Shown here: one piece after another, positions 19,530 through 28,219 of the stretch | Position numbering within the stretch: the first letter of the stretch is position 1 | How the letters are laid out: each line of letters begins with the position of its first letter | Source: an uncultured Bifidobacterium sp. | Lineage (GTDB): Bacteria > Bacteroidota > Bacteroidia > AKYH767-A > OLB10 | Length of the DNA: 49,514 nucleotides | NCBI GenBank assembly: GCA_964584995.1 | Contig: CAZPCA010000002.1 | Coordinates: forward strand, 1 to 49,514 | Direction: 5' to 3' | Made by a program: the position numbers and the translations under genes | Notes under the pieces: generated by a model | What the model was told of the DNA's origin: nothing | What the model saw: only the letters and a program-made list of their open reading frames with translations | The model's database searches: none

Positions 19530-20714
19530 ATGAGTAGCCGCCTTTTAAGACGTTTTTTACCAGCCCTTCTTTGCGTCGCATTGCTGTGCGAAGACGTCAC
19601 TGCGCAATTCACCCGCGGAGTGCAGATGAATTTCGGCAAGAACAGGGTTCAGTACAATGACTTTCTCTGGACTTTTTACCGCTTCAAGAATTTTGATACG
19701 TATTACTATCTCGGTGGTCAGGAGCTTGCGGTGTATGTGGGAAGAACCGCCGACAGCGAAATAGCTGAAATAGAAAAACTGCTGGATTACCGTATCAACG
19801 GCCGATTCCAATTTATGATTTTCAACCGACTCTCCGATTTAAAACAGAGCAACATCGGCCTGGAATCGGAGGACCAAATCGCCAATACCGGAGGCCTGAC
19901 CCGCATCGTTGGCAATAAAGTACTTATTTATTTTGACGGGGATTACAGGCATTTGCAGGAACAGATCCGCGCCGGCGTGGCCACAGTAATGATTAACCAA
20001 CTGATGTACGGAGGGAGTATCAAGGATCGGCTCCAGGCTTCTGTCCTGCTCCACTTGCCTGATTGGTTCATCCAGGGACTCATCCACTACATCGCCAAAG
20101 GCTGGACCATTGAAGACGACAGCAGGATGAGAGATGCGGTAATCAATGGCCGTATGAGGAATTTCAGCAATCTTCAAGGGGATGAAGCGTTTTTTGCAGG
20201 CACATCACTTTGGCATTACATTGTTGAAACATACGGCAGCTCTTCTGTTGCCAACCTAATTTACATGACACGTATCAACCGAAACATCGAGAACGGATTC
20301 GTGTATGTGCTTGGATTATCCTTGAAAGATGTCGGCAGAAACTGGCTTGATTATTATCAGCGAATCTACACCGAAGAAAACGAACAATTCAAGGGAGCAG
20401 GATCCGCTAAAATCAGCATGAGAAAGCCGGGGCGGACTATTACACAGGTGAAGATAAGCCCGGATGGAAGACAAGTCGCCTACGTCACGAACGAGCTCGG
20501 CAAGTATAAGATATGGTTATACGATCTGAACTCCAGGAAAAAGAAGCGTCTGGGAAAAGGAGGATTCAAATCGGTCAATCAAGCCATCGACCTTAGCTAC
20601 CCTGCTATTGCCTGGCATCCATCCGGAAGGTACCTCAGCGCCATAAAGGAAAAAAAAAGGCAAGCTTTGGCTGGATTACTACACCCCCGGAAAAAAAATA
20701 AAAAAGGAGACTAA
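19530..20714 (+). CDS. N-terminal fragment of an interrupted outer-membrane protein (signal peptide, N-terminal domain, first PD40/TolB-like blade)
   Basis: Signal peptide MSSRLLRRFLPALLCVALLCEDVTAQ and a PD40-like segment ISPDGRQVAYVTNELGKYKIWLYDL. The reading frame changes inside or just after the A9 tract at 20650-20658. The last roughly 20 codons (RQALAGLLHPRKKNKKGD*) look like out-of-frame read-through. Confidence 0.75.
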   Translation: MSSRLLRRFLPALLCVALLCEDVTAQFTRGVQMNFGKNRVQYNDFLWTFYRFKNFDTYYYLGGQELAVYVGRTADSEIAEIEKLLDYRINGRFQFMIFNRLSDLKQSNIGLESEDQIANTGGLTRIVGNKVLIYFDGDYRHLQEQIRAGVATVMINQLMYGGSIKDRLQASVLLHLPDWFIQGLIHYIAKGWTIEDDSRMRDAVINGRMRNFSNLQGDEAFFAGTSLWHYIVETYGSSSVANLIYMTRINRNIENGFVYVLGLSLKDVGRNWLDYYQRIYTEENEQFKGAGSAKISMRKPGRTITQVKISPDGRQVAYVTNELGKYKIWLYDLNSRKKKRLGKGGFKSVNQAIDLSYPAIAWHPSGRYLSAIKEKKRQALAGLLHPRKKNKKGD

Positions 20715-20772
20715 CAAGTTTTTTTATTTTGAAAAAGTACTGGACTTCAGTTACAACTCCAGTGGTTCGGAA

Positions 20773-22905
20773 ATGGTCTTATCGGCTGTACAAAAAGGGC
20801 AAAGTGACGTATATACTTTCAATCCCAGGACAAAGACCTATGTTCAACTGACCAAAGACCGCTGGGACGACTTCACCCCTCGCTTCACCCTTGACGACCG
20901 GTATATCTTGTTTTCCTCCACACGGACCGACGACACATTAAGAGAAACCTCCATGCGACAAGCTGAATCCATACAGGCTCCATCAAGCACGGACATATTC
21001 CTCTACAACTATGCGAACAGATCCCCTGTCCTGACGGCGCTTACACGAACACCAGGCATCAATGAAACCTACCCTATCGGCATCGACACCGCGACCTTCG
21101 GGTACCTGAGTGATGAAAACGGCATATTCAACCGCTACGCAGCCAATCTCGACAGTGTAATCTCTTACATCGATACGGTAATCCATTACCGTTACATTGT
21201 GAAAAGCAAGCCTGTCACCGATTACAGTTTGAATATCTTGCAACAGGATATCAATAGTCGCCAGACTACGATTGCAGATTTGCAGAGAATCAAAAAACGG
21301 AGTAGCATTTTCATTCGTCCGACTCTAGCACCAGATACTACCGGGAAGCTCCACCTGGACAAAACAAACTGGCAGTTGAAACGACTTCGAAACGGACTGC
21401 TACAAGGAATGGACCCTGGCAGGAACAATGCTGGCCGACAACTTGTACCGGCTGCCGATGAAAAACGCGTATCCACCCCTGTGAAAACTCCTGCAGATAC
21501 AGGTAAAATAGACATCAATAATTACACCTTCCAGTCAGAATTCAGCTCCAACAAAAAGAAAAAGACAGATACTGCCACGGAACAGAAACCTGTTGTTCGC
21601 AACAATGCGCCCTCAGGCGACCGCGAGGGAAGCAAAGGTATGTTCGAACCCGATAGCGTTCCAAGCACCAGCAGCAAAGCTACTGATACAACCTTCTATC
21701 AACTGCCCAAACAACGCAACTACGAAGTGGCTTTCAGCCCGAGCTATGTGCTTACACAGCTTGATAATAATCTGCTCAATGAGACCTACCAGGCGTATAC
21801 CGGAGGAGCTGTATATTTTACGCCAGGGTTGAACGCTCTTTTGAAAATCGGAGTCAATGACCTGTTTGACGATTACAGACTTGTAGGTGGATTCCGACTG
21901 AGCGGCAATCTCAATTCAAATGAGTACTACGTAAGTTACGAGAATCTGAAAGACCGGCTCGACAGACAGATTTCTTTTTATAGGCAGGGACGCGAGGATG
22001 TCACGAATTTCTCCTTGTACAGGATTCAGACGCATGAAGTGAAGTACACCGTTCGCTGGCCATTCAATGACCTGACAAGCTTGCGTGGAATGGCCGCTTA
22101 CCGCCACGACCGACTTACTACCCTGAGTACCGACCTGCTCAACCTTTCCTTCCCGAACCAGTACCAGAACTGGTCATCTGCCCGTGCGGAGTTCGTTTAC
22201 GACAACACAATCAGCACCGGCCTGAATCTTTTCAATGGATTACGGTACAAACTATTTGCGGAGGTCTTCAAACAACTGGATACAGACAATGCCGTATTGC
22301 AGGTGCTTGGAGCGGACTTCCGGCATTACCTTAAAATACACCGACAGATAATCTGGGCCAACCGCTTTGCCGCCAGCACCTCCTTCGGAACTAGAAAACT
22401 CATCTATTATCTTGGCTCCACAGACAATGCGTTTGTACCCAACGACAACTTCAATTTCAACATCCAGGTGGATCCCACACAGCAATACTCCTTTCAGGCC
22501 TTGGCTACCAATATGCGTGGCTTCATCCAGAACATCCGCAATGGAAATAATTTCGCGCTTATAAATTCTGAGCTCAGAGTGCCGGTATTTCAATACCTCA
22601 TCAACAAACCTATCCGCTCCGACTTCATCAGGAATTTCCAGGTTGTCGGATTCGGAGACATAGGAACAGCATGGACCGGAAGTTCACCGTATAGCAAAAA
22701 CAATGCACTGTTCAGAAAAGATTATCCCGGCAACCCCATCAGCATTACCGTAACGAAAACCGTCGAACCCATCGTAGGAGGTTTCGGTTTCGGCTTGCGA
22801 AGCCGGGTCCTCGGGTATTTCCTGAGGGCTGACTGGGCATGGGGTTTAGACGATGGAGAAATCCAGGAACGGATTTTCTACTTTTCACTCGGCCTCGACT
22901 TCTGA
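20773..22905 (+). CDS. C-terminal fragment of the same protein (PD40/TolB-like repeats, low-complexity linker, Omp85/Bac_surface_Ag-type beta-barrel)
   Basis: This frame is open from 20647 and reads sensibly from there (KKKGKLWLDYYTPGKKIKKETNKFFYFEKVLDFSYNSSGSEMVLSAVQKGQSDVYTF...). PD40-like motif DDRYILFSSTRTDD. The C-terminus parallels the BamA of this window (NMRGF, ELRVP, VGFGDIGTAW, GFGFGLR, terminal LGLDF). Confidence 0.8.
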   Translation: MVLSAVQKGQSDVYTFNPRTKTYVQLTKDRWDDFTPRFTLDDRYILFSSTRTDDTLRETSMRQAESIQAPSSTDIFLYNYANRSPVLTALTRTPGINETYPIGIDTATFGYLSDENGIFNRYAANLDSVISYIDTVIHYRYIVKSKPVTDYSLNILQQDINSRQTTIADLQRIKKRSSIFIRPTLAPDTTGKLHLDKTNWQLKRLRNGLLQGMDPGRNNAGRQLVPAADEKRVSTPVKTPADTGKIDINNYTFQSEFSSNKKKKTDTATEQKPVVRNNAPSGDREGSKGMFEPDSVPSTSSKATDTTFYQLPKQRNYEVAFSPSYVLTQLDNNLLNETYQAYTGGAVYFTPGLNALLKIGVNDLFDDYRLVGGFRLSGNLNSNEYYVSYENLKDRLDRQISFYRQGREDVTNFSLYRIQTHEVKYTVRWPFNDLTSLRGMAAYRHDRLTTLSTDLLNLSFPNQYQNWSSARAEFVYDNTISTGLNLFNGLRYKLFAEVFKQLDTDNAVLQVLGADFRHYLKIHRQIIWANRFAASTSFGTRKLIYYLGSTDNAFVPNDNFNFNIQVDPTQQYSFQALATNMRGFIQNIRNGNNFALINSELRVPVFQYLINKPIRSDFIRNFQVVGFGDIGTAWTGSSPYSKNNALFRKDYPGNPISITVTKTVEPIVGGFGFGLRSRVLGYFLRADWAWGLDDGEIQERIFYFSLGLDF

Positions 22906-22942
22906 CAAGCATCCATCCACCATCCTAAAAAAATCCATCCGA

Positions 22943-24133
22943 ATGATAAAGGCAAGTACGGTCCAACAACTCGCAGCGGAACAACATGACAAGGTGGTTT
23001 CCTTGCGCAGGCATTTGCACCGGCATCCGGAATTATCCTTTCACGAATACAACACTGCAGACTTTGTCGCCGCTGAACTGGAAGCTATTGGTATTCCTTT
23101 TCAAAAGGGTGTTGCCGGAACCGGACTTGTTGGTATCATAGAAGGGAATAAGCCCTCCAGAAAAGTCGTTGCGCTAAGGGCGGACATGGATGCCTTGCCC
23201 ATACAGGAAGAAAACGATGTACCTTATAAAAGTATACAGCCGGGAGTGATGCATGCCTGCGGCCACGACGTGCACACCTCCTCTTTACTGGGAGCAGCAG
23301 AGATACTGTATTCCCTTCGTGATCAATTCGAAGGCAGCATCAAACTGATCTTCCAGCCCGGTGAAGAAAAGTTGCCGGGCGGTGCCTCCATGATGATTCG
23401 CGAGGGTGTGCTGGAAAATCCGAAACCCAATAGTATTATCGGCCAGCATGTGATGCCCCTGATTCCCGTTGGCAAAGTAGGCTTTCGCAGTGGCATCTAC
23501 ATGGCGAGTACCGACGAGCTGTATCTCCGGGTGAAGGGCAAAGGTGGCCATGGGGCCATGCCACACTTGAACATCGACCCCGTACTGATCACTTCGCATC
23601 TCATCGTAGCACTTCAACAGATTGTAAGCAGAGCCGCCAACCCGACGATGCCCAGCGTATTGTCCTTCGGAAAAGTAATTGCCAACGGAGCAACCAATGT
23701 CATACCGGATGAAGTGTACATCGAAGGCACTTTTCGCACGCTGGACGAGAAATGGAGGGCTGAGGTGCATCAGCGTCTGACAGACATGGCCCACCAGCTG
23801 GTTCAATCCATGGGAGGAAAGCTGGAATTGGAAATCCGTAAAGGATACCCTGCACTCGTGAATGAAGAAGCGCTGACAGGAAGAAGCAAAGAAGCCGCCA
23901 TTGCCTACCTGGGTGCAGAAAACGTACTGGACCTGGATATATGGATGGCTGCCGAAGATTTCGCCTTCTATTCGCAACAAGCCAGCGCTTGTTTTTACCG
24001 ACTGGGAACCCGAAACGAAGCCAGGGGAATCACGGCATCCGTACACACCTCCCGTTTTGACATTGATGAAGAAGCACTGAAAACCGGCACGGGTCTCATG
24101 GCATGGCTCGCCATTCAGGAACTCAATGCTTAG
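22943..24133 (+). CDS. M20D-family amidohydrolase (N-acyl-L-amino acid amidohydrolase / hippurate hydrolase-like)
   Basis: LRRHLHRHPELSFHEYNT, ALRADMDALP and MHACGHDVH motifs. About 396 aa from the ATG at 22943. Confidence 0.88.
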   Translation: MIKASTVQQLAAEQHDKVVSLRRHLHRHPELSFHEYNTADFVAAELEAIGIPFQKGVAGTGLVGIIEGNKPSRKVVALRADMDALPIQEENDVPYKSIQPGVMHACGHDVHTSSLLGAAEILYSLRDQFEGSIKLIFQPGEEKLPGGASMMIREGVLENPKPNSIIGQHVMPLIPVGKVGFRSGIYMASTDELYLRVKGKGGHGAMPHLNIDPVLITSHLIVALQQIVSRAANPTMPSVLSFGKVIANGATNVIPDEVYIEGTFRTLDEKWRAEVHQRLTDMAHQLVQSMGGKLELEIRKGYPALVNEEALTGRSKEAAIAYLGAENVLDLDIWMAAEDFAFYSQQASACFYRLGTRNEARGITASVHTSRFDIDEEALKTGTGLMAWLAIQELNA

Positions 24134-25059
24134 TTAAAAGGCCATAAGATTTCATACCATTTCCTGCTGCGCTCGTTCATCCATATTCGACTGCCGATGA
24201 AATCGAGCGACTCCCTGACCTCCGCCATTCCGGATGGCCTACTATCGATGGCGGACATCAATTGATGCCTGACCTCTTCCGAAGTAAGTCTGCCGGGAGG
24301 AAGCCGAAAGCCGGGCTTAGCAGTCATCTGCTTCAACACCAAGAGAACATCTTCCGGTAGCAACGAATGACTGGACAGGGGCGCATTCAACATCATTTGC
24401 ATCAACAACTCAGGGTTGGTATGCCAGTGGGGCTTTTGTCCTGTGATTAACTCATAGATCAGCAGTCCGAATGTATAAATATCCGTACGGGCATCTATAC
24501 AATCAAATGCTTTCAGCACCTGTTCCGGAGAACCATAAATGAGTGGAAAGGTGGAAGCATGTGAAGGATGCGTATAAAACGGTAAGGCATTGCCGAAATC
24601 TATTAAGCGTGTATCGACAACCTTACCCTCACTGATAATCAGGAAAACATTACGCGGATTCAGGTCTCCATGATACCATCCGGACGCGTGCAGCGCAGTT
24701 AGCCCCTCAAGGATTCTTTCGAGCATAGAAAAAACCTCCACTTTCCGACGTACAATTTTCTTCGTTTCATCCTGAAGAAATTCGCGCAGCGTGATACCCT
24801 GTAACAAGGGATAAATCAAAAATATCTCGCCACTCTCCTCCACCACCTGCGGCCGGTTCATCAGTACCGCATGATCGACTGGGACTGACACTTCAAAAGG
24901 ATTCAGGCGGGCAACCTGTTTGATGAACACTTCTGTACCATTGGGCCCAGTACCCCTGAAACCCACACTGAACTTTCCCCGGTGCACTTCTGCCCCGGGA
25001 GAGGCATCGAATACGTAAACGGCTCCACCTGGAGCATTCAAATGACGGATAGCAGACAA
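24130..25059 (-). CDS. Stand-alone Hanks-type Ser/Thr protein kinase-like protein (no recognisable sensor or TM domain)
   Basis: Catalytic loop YHGDLNPRNVF, Mg-binding IDFGNA, SPE segment (YGSPEQ) and subdomain IX DIYTFGLLIYELITGQ. 309 aa. The glycine-rich loop is degenerate (FRGTGPNGTEVFIK). Confidence 0.75.
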   Translation of the reverse strand: MSAIRHLNAPGGAVYVFDASPGAEVHRGKFSVGFRGTGPNGTEVFIKQVARLNPFEVSVPVDHAVLMNRPQVVEESGEIFLIYPLLQGITLREFLQDETKKIVRRKVEVFSMLERILEGLTALHASGWYHGDLNPRNVFLIISEGKVVDTRLIDFGNALPFYTHPSHASTFPLIYGSPEQVLKAFDCIDARTDIYTFGLLIYELITGQKPHWHTNPELLMQMMLNAPLSSHSLLPEDVLLVLKQMTAKPGFRLPPGRLTSEEVRHQLMSAIDSRPSGMAEVRESLDFIGSRIWMNERSRKWYEILWPFN

Positions 25060-25131
25060 GGTCGGCGTGGTTGAAATAAAAATGGGAAGTTACAGAAATC
25101 TGCCACTTCCCATCCATCAGCTTTTTCGTTT

Positions 25132-28098
25132 TTAGTGCTGAACGACAAACCGTGTAGCCTGCCAACCTTCAGCGGTTCTCAAACGCAGCAGGTAAACACC
25201 GTTGTTCAGATCGGCAGTAGAAACAACATACCGGTCATCGGAAGACCAGCGTCCACCGAAGCAATTCCTTCCGCTAATATCCACCACTTCGTAGAGTATA
25301 TCGTCATCCATACTTGCCAGTCCATCGATATAGACCAGATCACTGGCGGGATTGGGATACACATGGAATGCAGCCAAAGCGCTGTTCTCACGACAAGTGA
25401 TGGTCACGCCCAGGGATTTCACTCCACTGACTCCGCAAGGACGGACGGAACGCACATTCACTGAACCACCTCCTGCACCGAAATTGACCGTGACTGCTGT
25501 TGTTCCCTGACCAGCCACAATGCTGGCAGTGGTGGGCACAGTCCATAAGTAAGACCATGTTGCCGGTGTTGGGGCGATGGAATAAGCCACTCCCGACTGG
25601 TTGGCACAGATGGTTGTGGGACCTGTAATCGTCGAAGGTCCCTGAGGAATACCACGAACGGTAAGAGAACGGGCACCTGATTGCAATCCACAGGAATTAA
25701 AAGACACGACTGAAATATTTCCAATGGAGAATCCAGCAATGAATTGCATAGTAACACTTAGTCCGTTCGATGCCCCAAGTATAGTAGCACCGGCTGGCGC
25801 CGTCCATTGATAGGAAATGGCACCTAACACAGGATTGATGGAATATGTCACTGTACTATCACATACCCCGAAAGCCGGACCGCTGATGTTACCCGGGATA
25901 CGGGTAATGCCCTGGCTGACCGGTGTTGAACGGGTGGTGGTCATACATGGATGAGTAGCCGTTGCTGTGACATTGCCACTCGTGAAAGTGGGACCGAAAT
26001 TGATGATCACTATTGAATCGTTCGAACTCACGATGCTCGTACCTGCAGGCACACTCCATGAGATGGAAGTATAGCCCTCAATGGGTTTGATTTTGTATTG
26101 TACCCCGCTGGTGTTCGCACACACAATGGACTGCGGAAATACGAACTGCGGAACATCAATCGCATGACGCACATAACGCTTGCTGGAGTCAGCGCTGGTG
26201 CCACAGTTGTTCGCACTTTTCACGGATACGAAAGTTCCGGAATTGGCGATTGTGCTGGCGAAGTCCAAGCTCACCGATGTGCCACTTCCGCTGAGCGTCA
26301 CCCATGAAGGTACACTCCAAATATAAGATGTCGCACCGGCTACAGGTGATATTGTATAGACTACACCGTTAGTGCCTGGACAAACGTTGATAGGTCCGCT
26401 GATGGCGACGGGAGCTACGGGAGGACTGGTGATCGTGACTTGTACCTGATCGCTCACCGAACCACAGGGACCTGCAGGATCACTGCTCGTCAGTGTCAAT
26501 GTCACTGAGCCGGAACTGATGTCACCGGGCCCCGGGTAATAAATCGCATTCATGAAATTGATATTATTGAAAGTACCGTCACCGGCAGTTGTCCAGGAAC
26601 CTGAAACAGTACTGCCTGTCACGGAACCGGACAAGGTCGCATTACCACTGCTGCAAATGCCGAAGTCTGCACCTGCATTGACCACCGGCAAGGCGTTCAC
26701 CGTAATGATGACCGTGTCGGAAACTGCATTGCACACCCCTGAAGGATCATCTGTAGTAAGTACCAGGGTCACACTGCCAGCGAGCTTATCGCCGGCTCCG
26801 GGAGTATAGGTTGTAAGGGCAGCAGAAGCGTTCTGGATAAAACCATCACCCAGCGAAGTCCAGGTAGAAGATACAGCGCTTCCACCCACTGCACCATTCA
26901 ACTGGGCAATGCCGTCCGCACAGATTGTCTGATCGGCTCCTGCATTCACAGTCGCCGCGTTCTCAATAGTCAGCGTAAGCGAACTGGTGGCGGAAGGACA
27001 AGGACCGGAAGGATCGTTGGAAGTCAAGGTCAAGATTACTGAACCCGCGACTTTGTCGGCTGCACCGGGCGTGTAAACAGTAGAGAGCTGATTGGCATTG
27101 CCAAATGTTCCGTCTCCGGAGGTAGACCATGTACCTGAACTTGCGCCACCGCCGACTGTTCCGCTAAGCGGGTAATTCGAACTCGAACAAATCACCCCGT
27201 TGGTACCTGCACTCGCCGTGGCCTGTGCATTCACGGTGAGTAAAGCGAATACAGAAGTATCCGCGCCGTTGGCATTGCTGGCATAAGCACGGAATCGGTG
27301 ATTGTTGTCCGCAAGGGCGGAAGCAAAGGAATACGTCAATGCATTGGCACCGCTGATGTTAGACCAGGAAATTCCGCCATTGATACTTTTTTGCCATTGC
27401 ACAGAGGGAGTCGGAGTACCTCCGGTAGCTACGGTAAACGATGCATTGCTTCCCTCGCATACCGTCTGAGCAACTGGTTGAGTAGTGATGCTGGCCGCAG
27501 TACCCAGGGGAACCAGGGAAACAGTTCCGTTCAGGTTTATGTTCAACAGCTGTAACTGACCAGTAGCAAGAGCGATAGTCGAATAACCAAAAATCCTGAA
27601 TTTCAAAGGGGTACCCGTGCTGAAATCTGGGAAATCCCATGTTGCGGTCTGCGTGCTGCCACAAGAGCTGGTGAAGGGAGCATGTGAAGTGGGCTGAAGT
27701 ACCCAGTTGACCCCTCCGTCTGTACTATAAGCGAAAGAAACAATGGGCGGCCCTGAAGAGTTCCTGCGCAAACCAATCGAAAAACTGGTCAGGTTAAGGT
27801 AGTAATTAGTTGCTGGAGTAACGTTGAATTCCACTGCCGGTCCATTAAAGTTGACCACTCCGCCGGTAGACCATTGTACCGAACTAAATCCCGTGCCGCA
27901 GGGGCTTGCCGGCAGAGCCGCCCCGTTCACCCTGGCCAAATTAGTTCCTGTGGCATTGGCCGCCACGGAATTGGGAATGCCAGCGGTGGAATTGGTGTAC
28001 CTGTAAACCTGCTGTGCCAGGAGATTGGAGCTAAGGAGGGCCACTAAAAATGCAGCCAATGCAAATCCTTTCATAGATGAAGTAAAACCTTGTATCAT
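25132..28098 (-). CDS. Large secreted modular surface protein with a T9SS type-A C-terminal sorting domain
   Basis: Signal peptide (MKGFALAAFLVALLSSNLLAQQ), an N-terminal beta-rich domain and an Ig-like module (ITTQPVAQTVCEGSNASFTV...WQKS). These are followed by three tandem roughly 88-aa modules and four tandem Cys-containing PKD-like modules. The C-terminal roughly 80 aa (VYPNPASDLVYI...LNNGVYLLRLRT...) are typical of a T9SS CTD. Confidence 0.88.
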   Translation of the reverse strand: MIQGFTSSMKGFALAAFLVALLSSNLLAQQVYRYTNSTAGIPNSVAANATGTNLARVNGAALPASPCGTGFSSVQWSTGGVVNFNGPAVEFNVTPATNYYLNLTSFSIGLRRNSSGPPIVSFAYSTDGGVNWVLQPTSHAPFTSSCGSTQTATWDFPDFSTGTPLKFRIFGYSTIALATGQLQLLNINLNGTVSLVPLGTAASITTQPVAQTVCEGSNASFTVATGGTPTPSVQWQKSINGGISWSNISGANALTYSFASALADNNHRFRAYASNANGADTSVFALLTVNAQATASAGTNGVICSSSNYPLSGTVGGGASSGTWSTSGDGTFGNANQLSTVYTPGAADKVAGSVILTLTSNDPSGPCPSATSSLTLTIENAATVNAGADQTICADGIAQLNGAVGGSAVSSTWTSLGDGFIQNASAALTTYTPGAGDKLAGSVTLVLTTDDPSGVCNAVSDTVIITVNALPVVNAGADFGICSSGNATLSGSVTGSTVSGSWTTAGDGTFNNINFMNAIYYPGPGDISSGSVTLTLTSSDPAGPCGSVSDQVQVTITSPPVAPVAISGPINVCPGTNGVVYTISPVAGATSYIWSVPSWVTLSGSGTSVSLDFASTIANSGTFVSVKSANNCGTSADSSKRYVRHAIDVPQFVFPQSIVCANTSGVQYKIKPIEGYTSISWSVPAGTSIVSSNDSIVIINFGPTFTSGNVTATATHPCMTTTRSTPVSQGITRIPGNISGPAFGVCDSTVTYSINPVLGAISYQWTAPAGATILGASNGLSVTMQFIAGFSIGNISVVSFNSCGLQSGARSLTVRGIPQGPSTITGPTTICANQSGVAYSIAPTPATWSYLWTVPTTASIVAGQGTTAVTVNFGAGGGSVNVRSVRPCGVSGVKSLGVTITCRENSALAAFHVYPNPASDLVYIDGLASMDDDILYEVVDISGRNCFGGRWSSDDRYVVSTADLNNGVYLLRLRTAEGWQATRFVVQH
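25393..26418 (-). repeat. Four tandem roughly 85-aa PKD-like/Cys-containing coding repeats inside the T9SS cargo gene
   Basis: Modules at about aa 561-645, 646-730, 731-815 and 816-902 share I.GP..VC....GV.Y.I.P..GATSY.W.VP.....V.G.G...V....F......G...V...N.CG. Confidence 0.75.
26425..27228 (-). repeat. Three tandem roughly 88-aa coding repeats inside the T9SS cargo gene
   Basis: Modules at about aa 291-380, 381-468 and 469-558 share the pattern NAGxD..IC....A.L.G.V.G...SG.W.T.GDGTF.N......IYTPG.GD...GSVTLTLT..DPSG.C. Confidence 0.8.
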
Positions 28099-28219
28099 TT
28101 CTTCTTATGTTTCTTTTCAGCGCATTGAGCTACGCTATGGATTTCCCAAAAGGAATCCACAGAGTACTCTTCCACGGCAATGTAGGAATTATTCCCGACC
28201 GCCGCAAATAAAATTACGC

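Noticed and set aside
20646-20660. Programmed -1 ribosomal frameshifting on the A AAA AAA/A AAA AAG-like slippery run in the split outer-membrane gene.
   Set aside because: The downstream frame is +1 (equivalently -2) relative to the upstream frame. A classical -1 slip on this heptamer lands in the wrong frame. An indel, phase variation or transcriptional slippage fit better.
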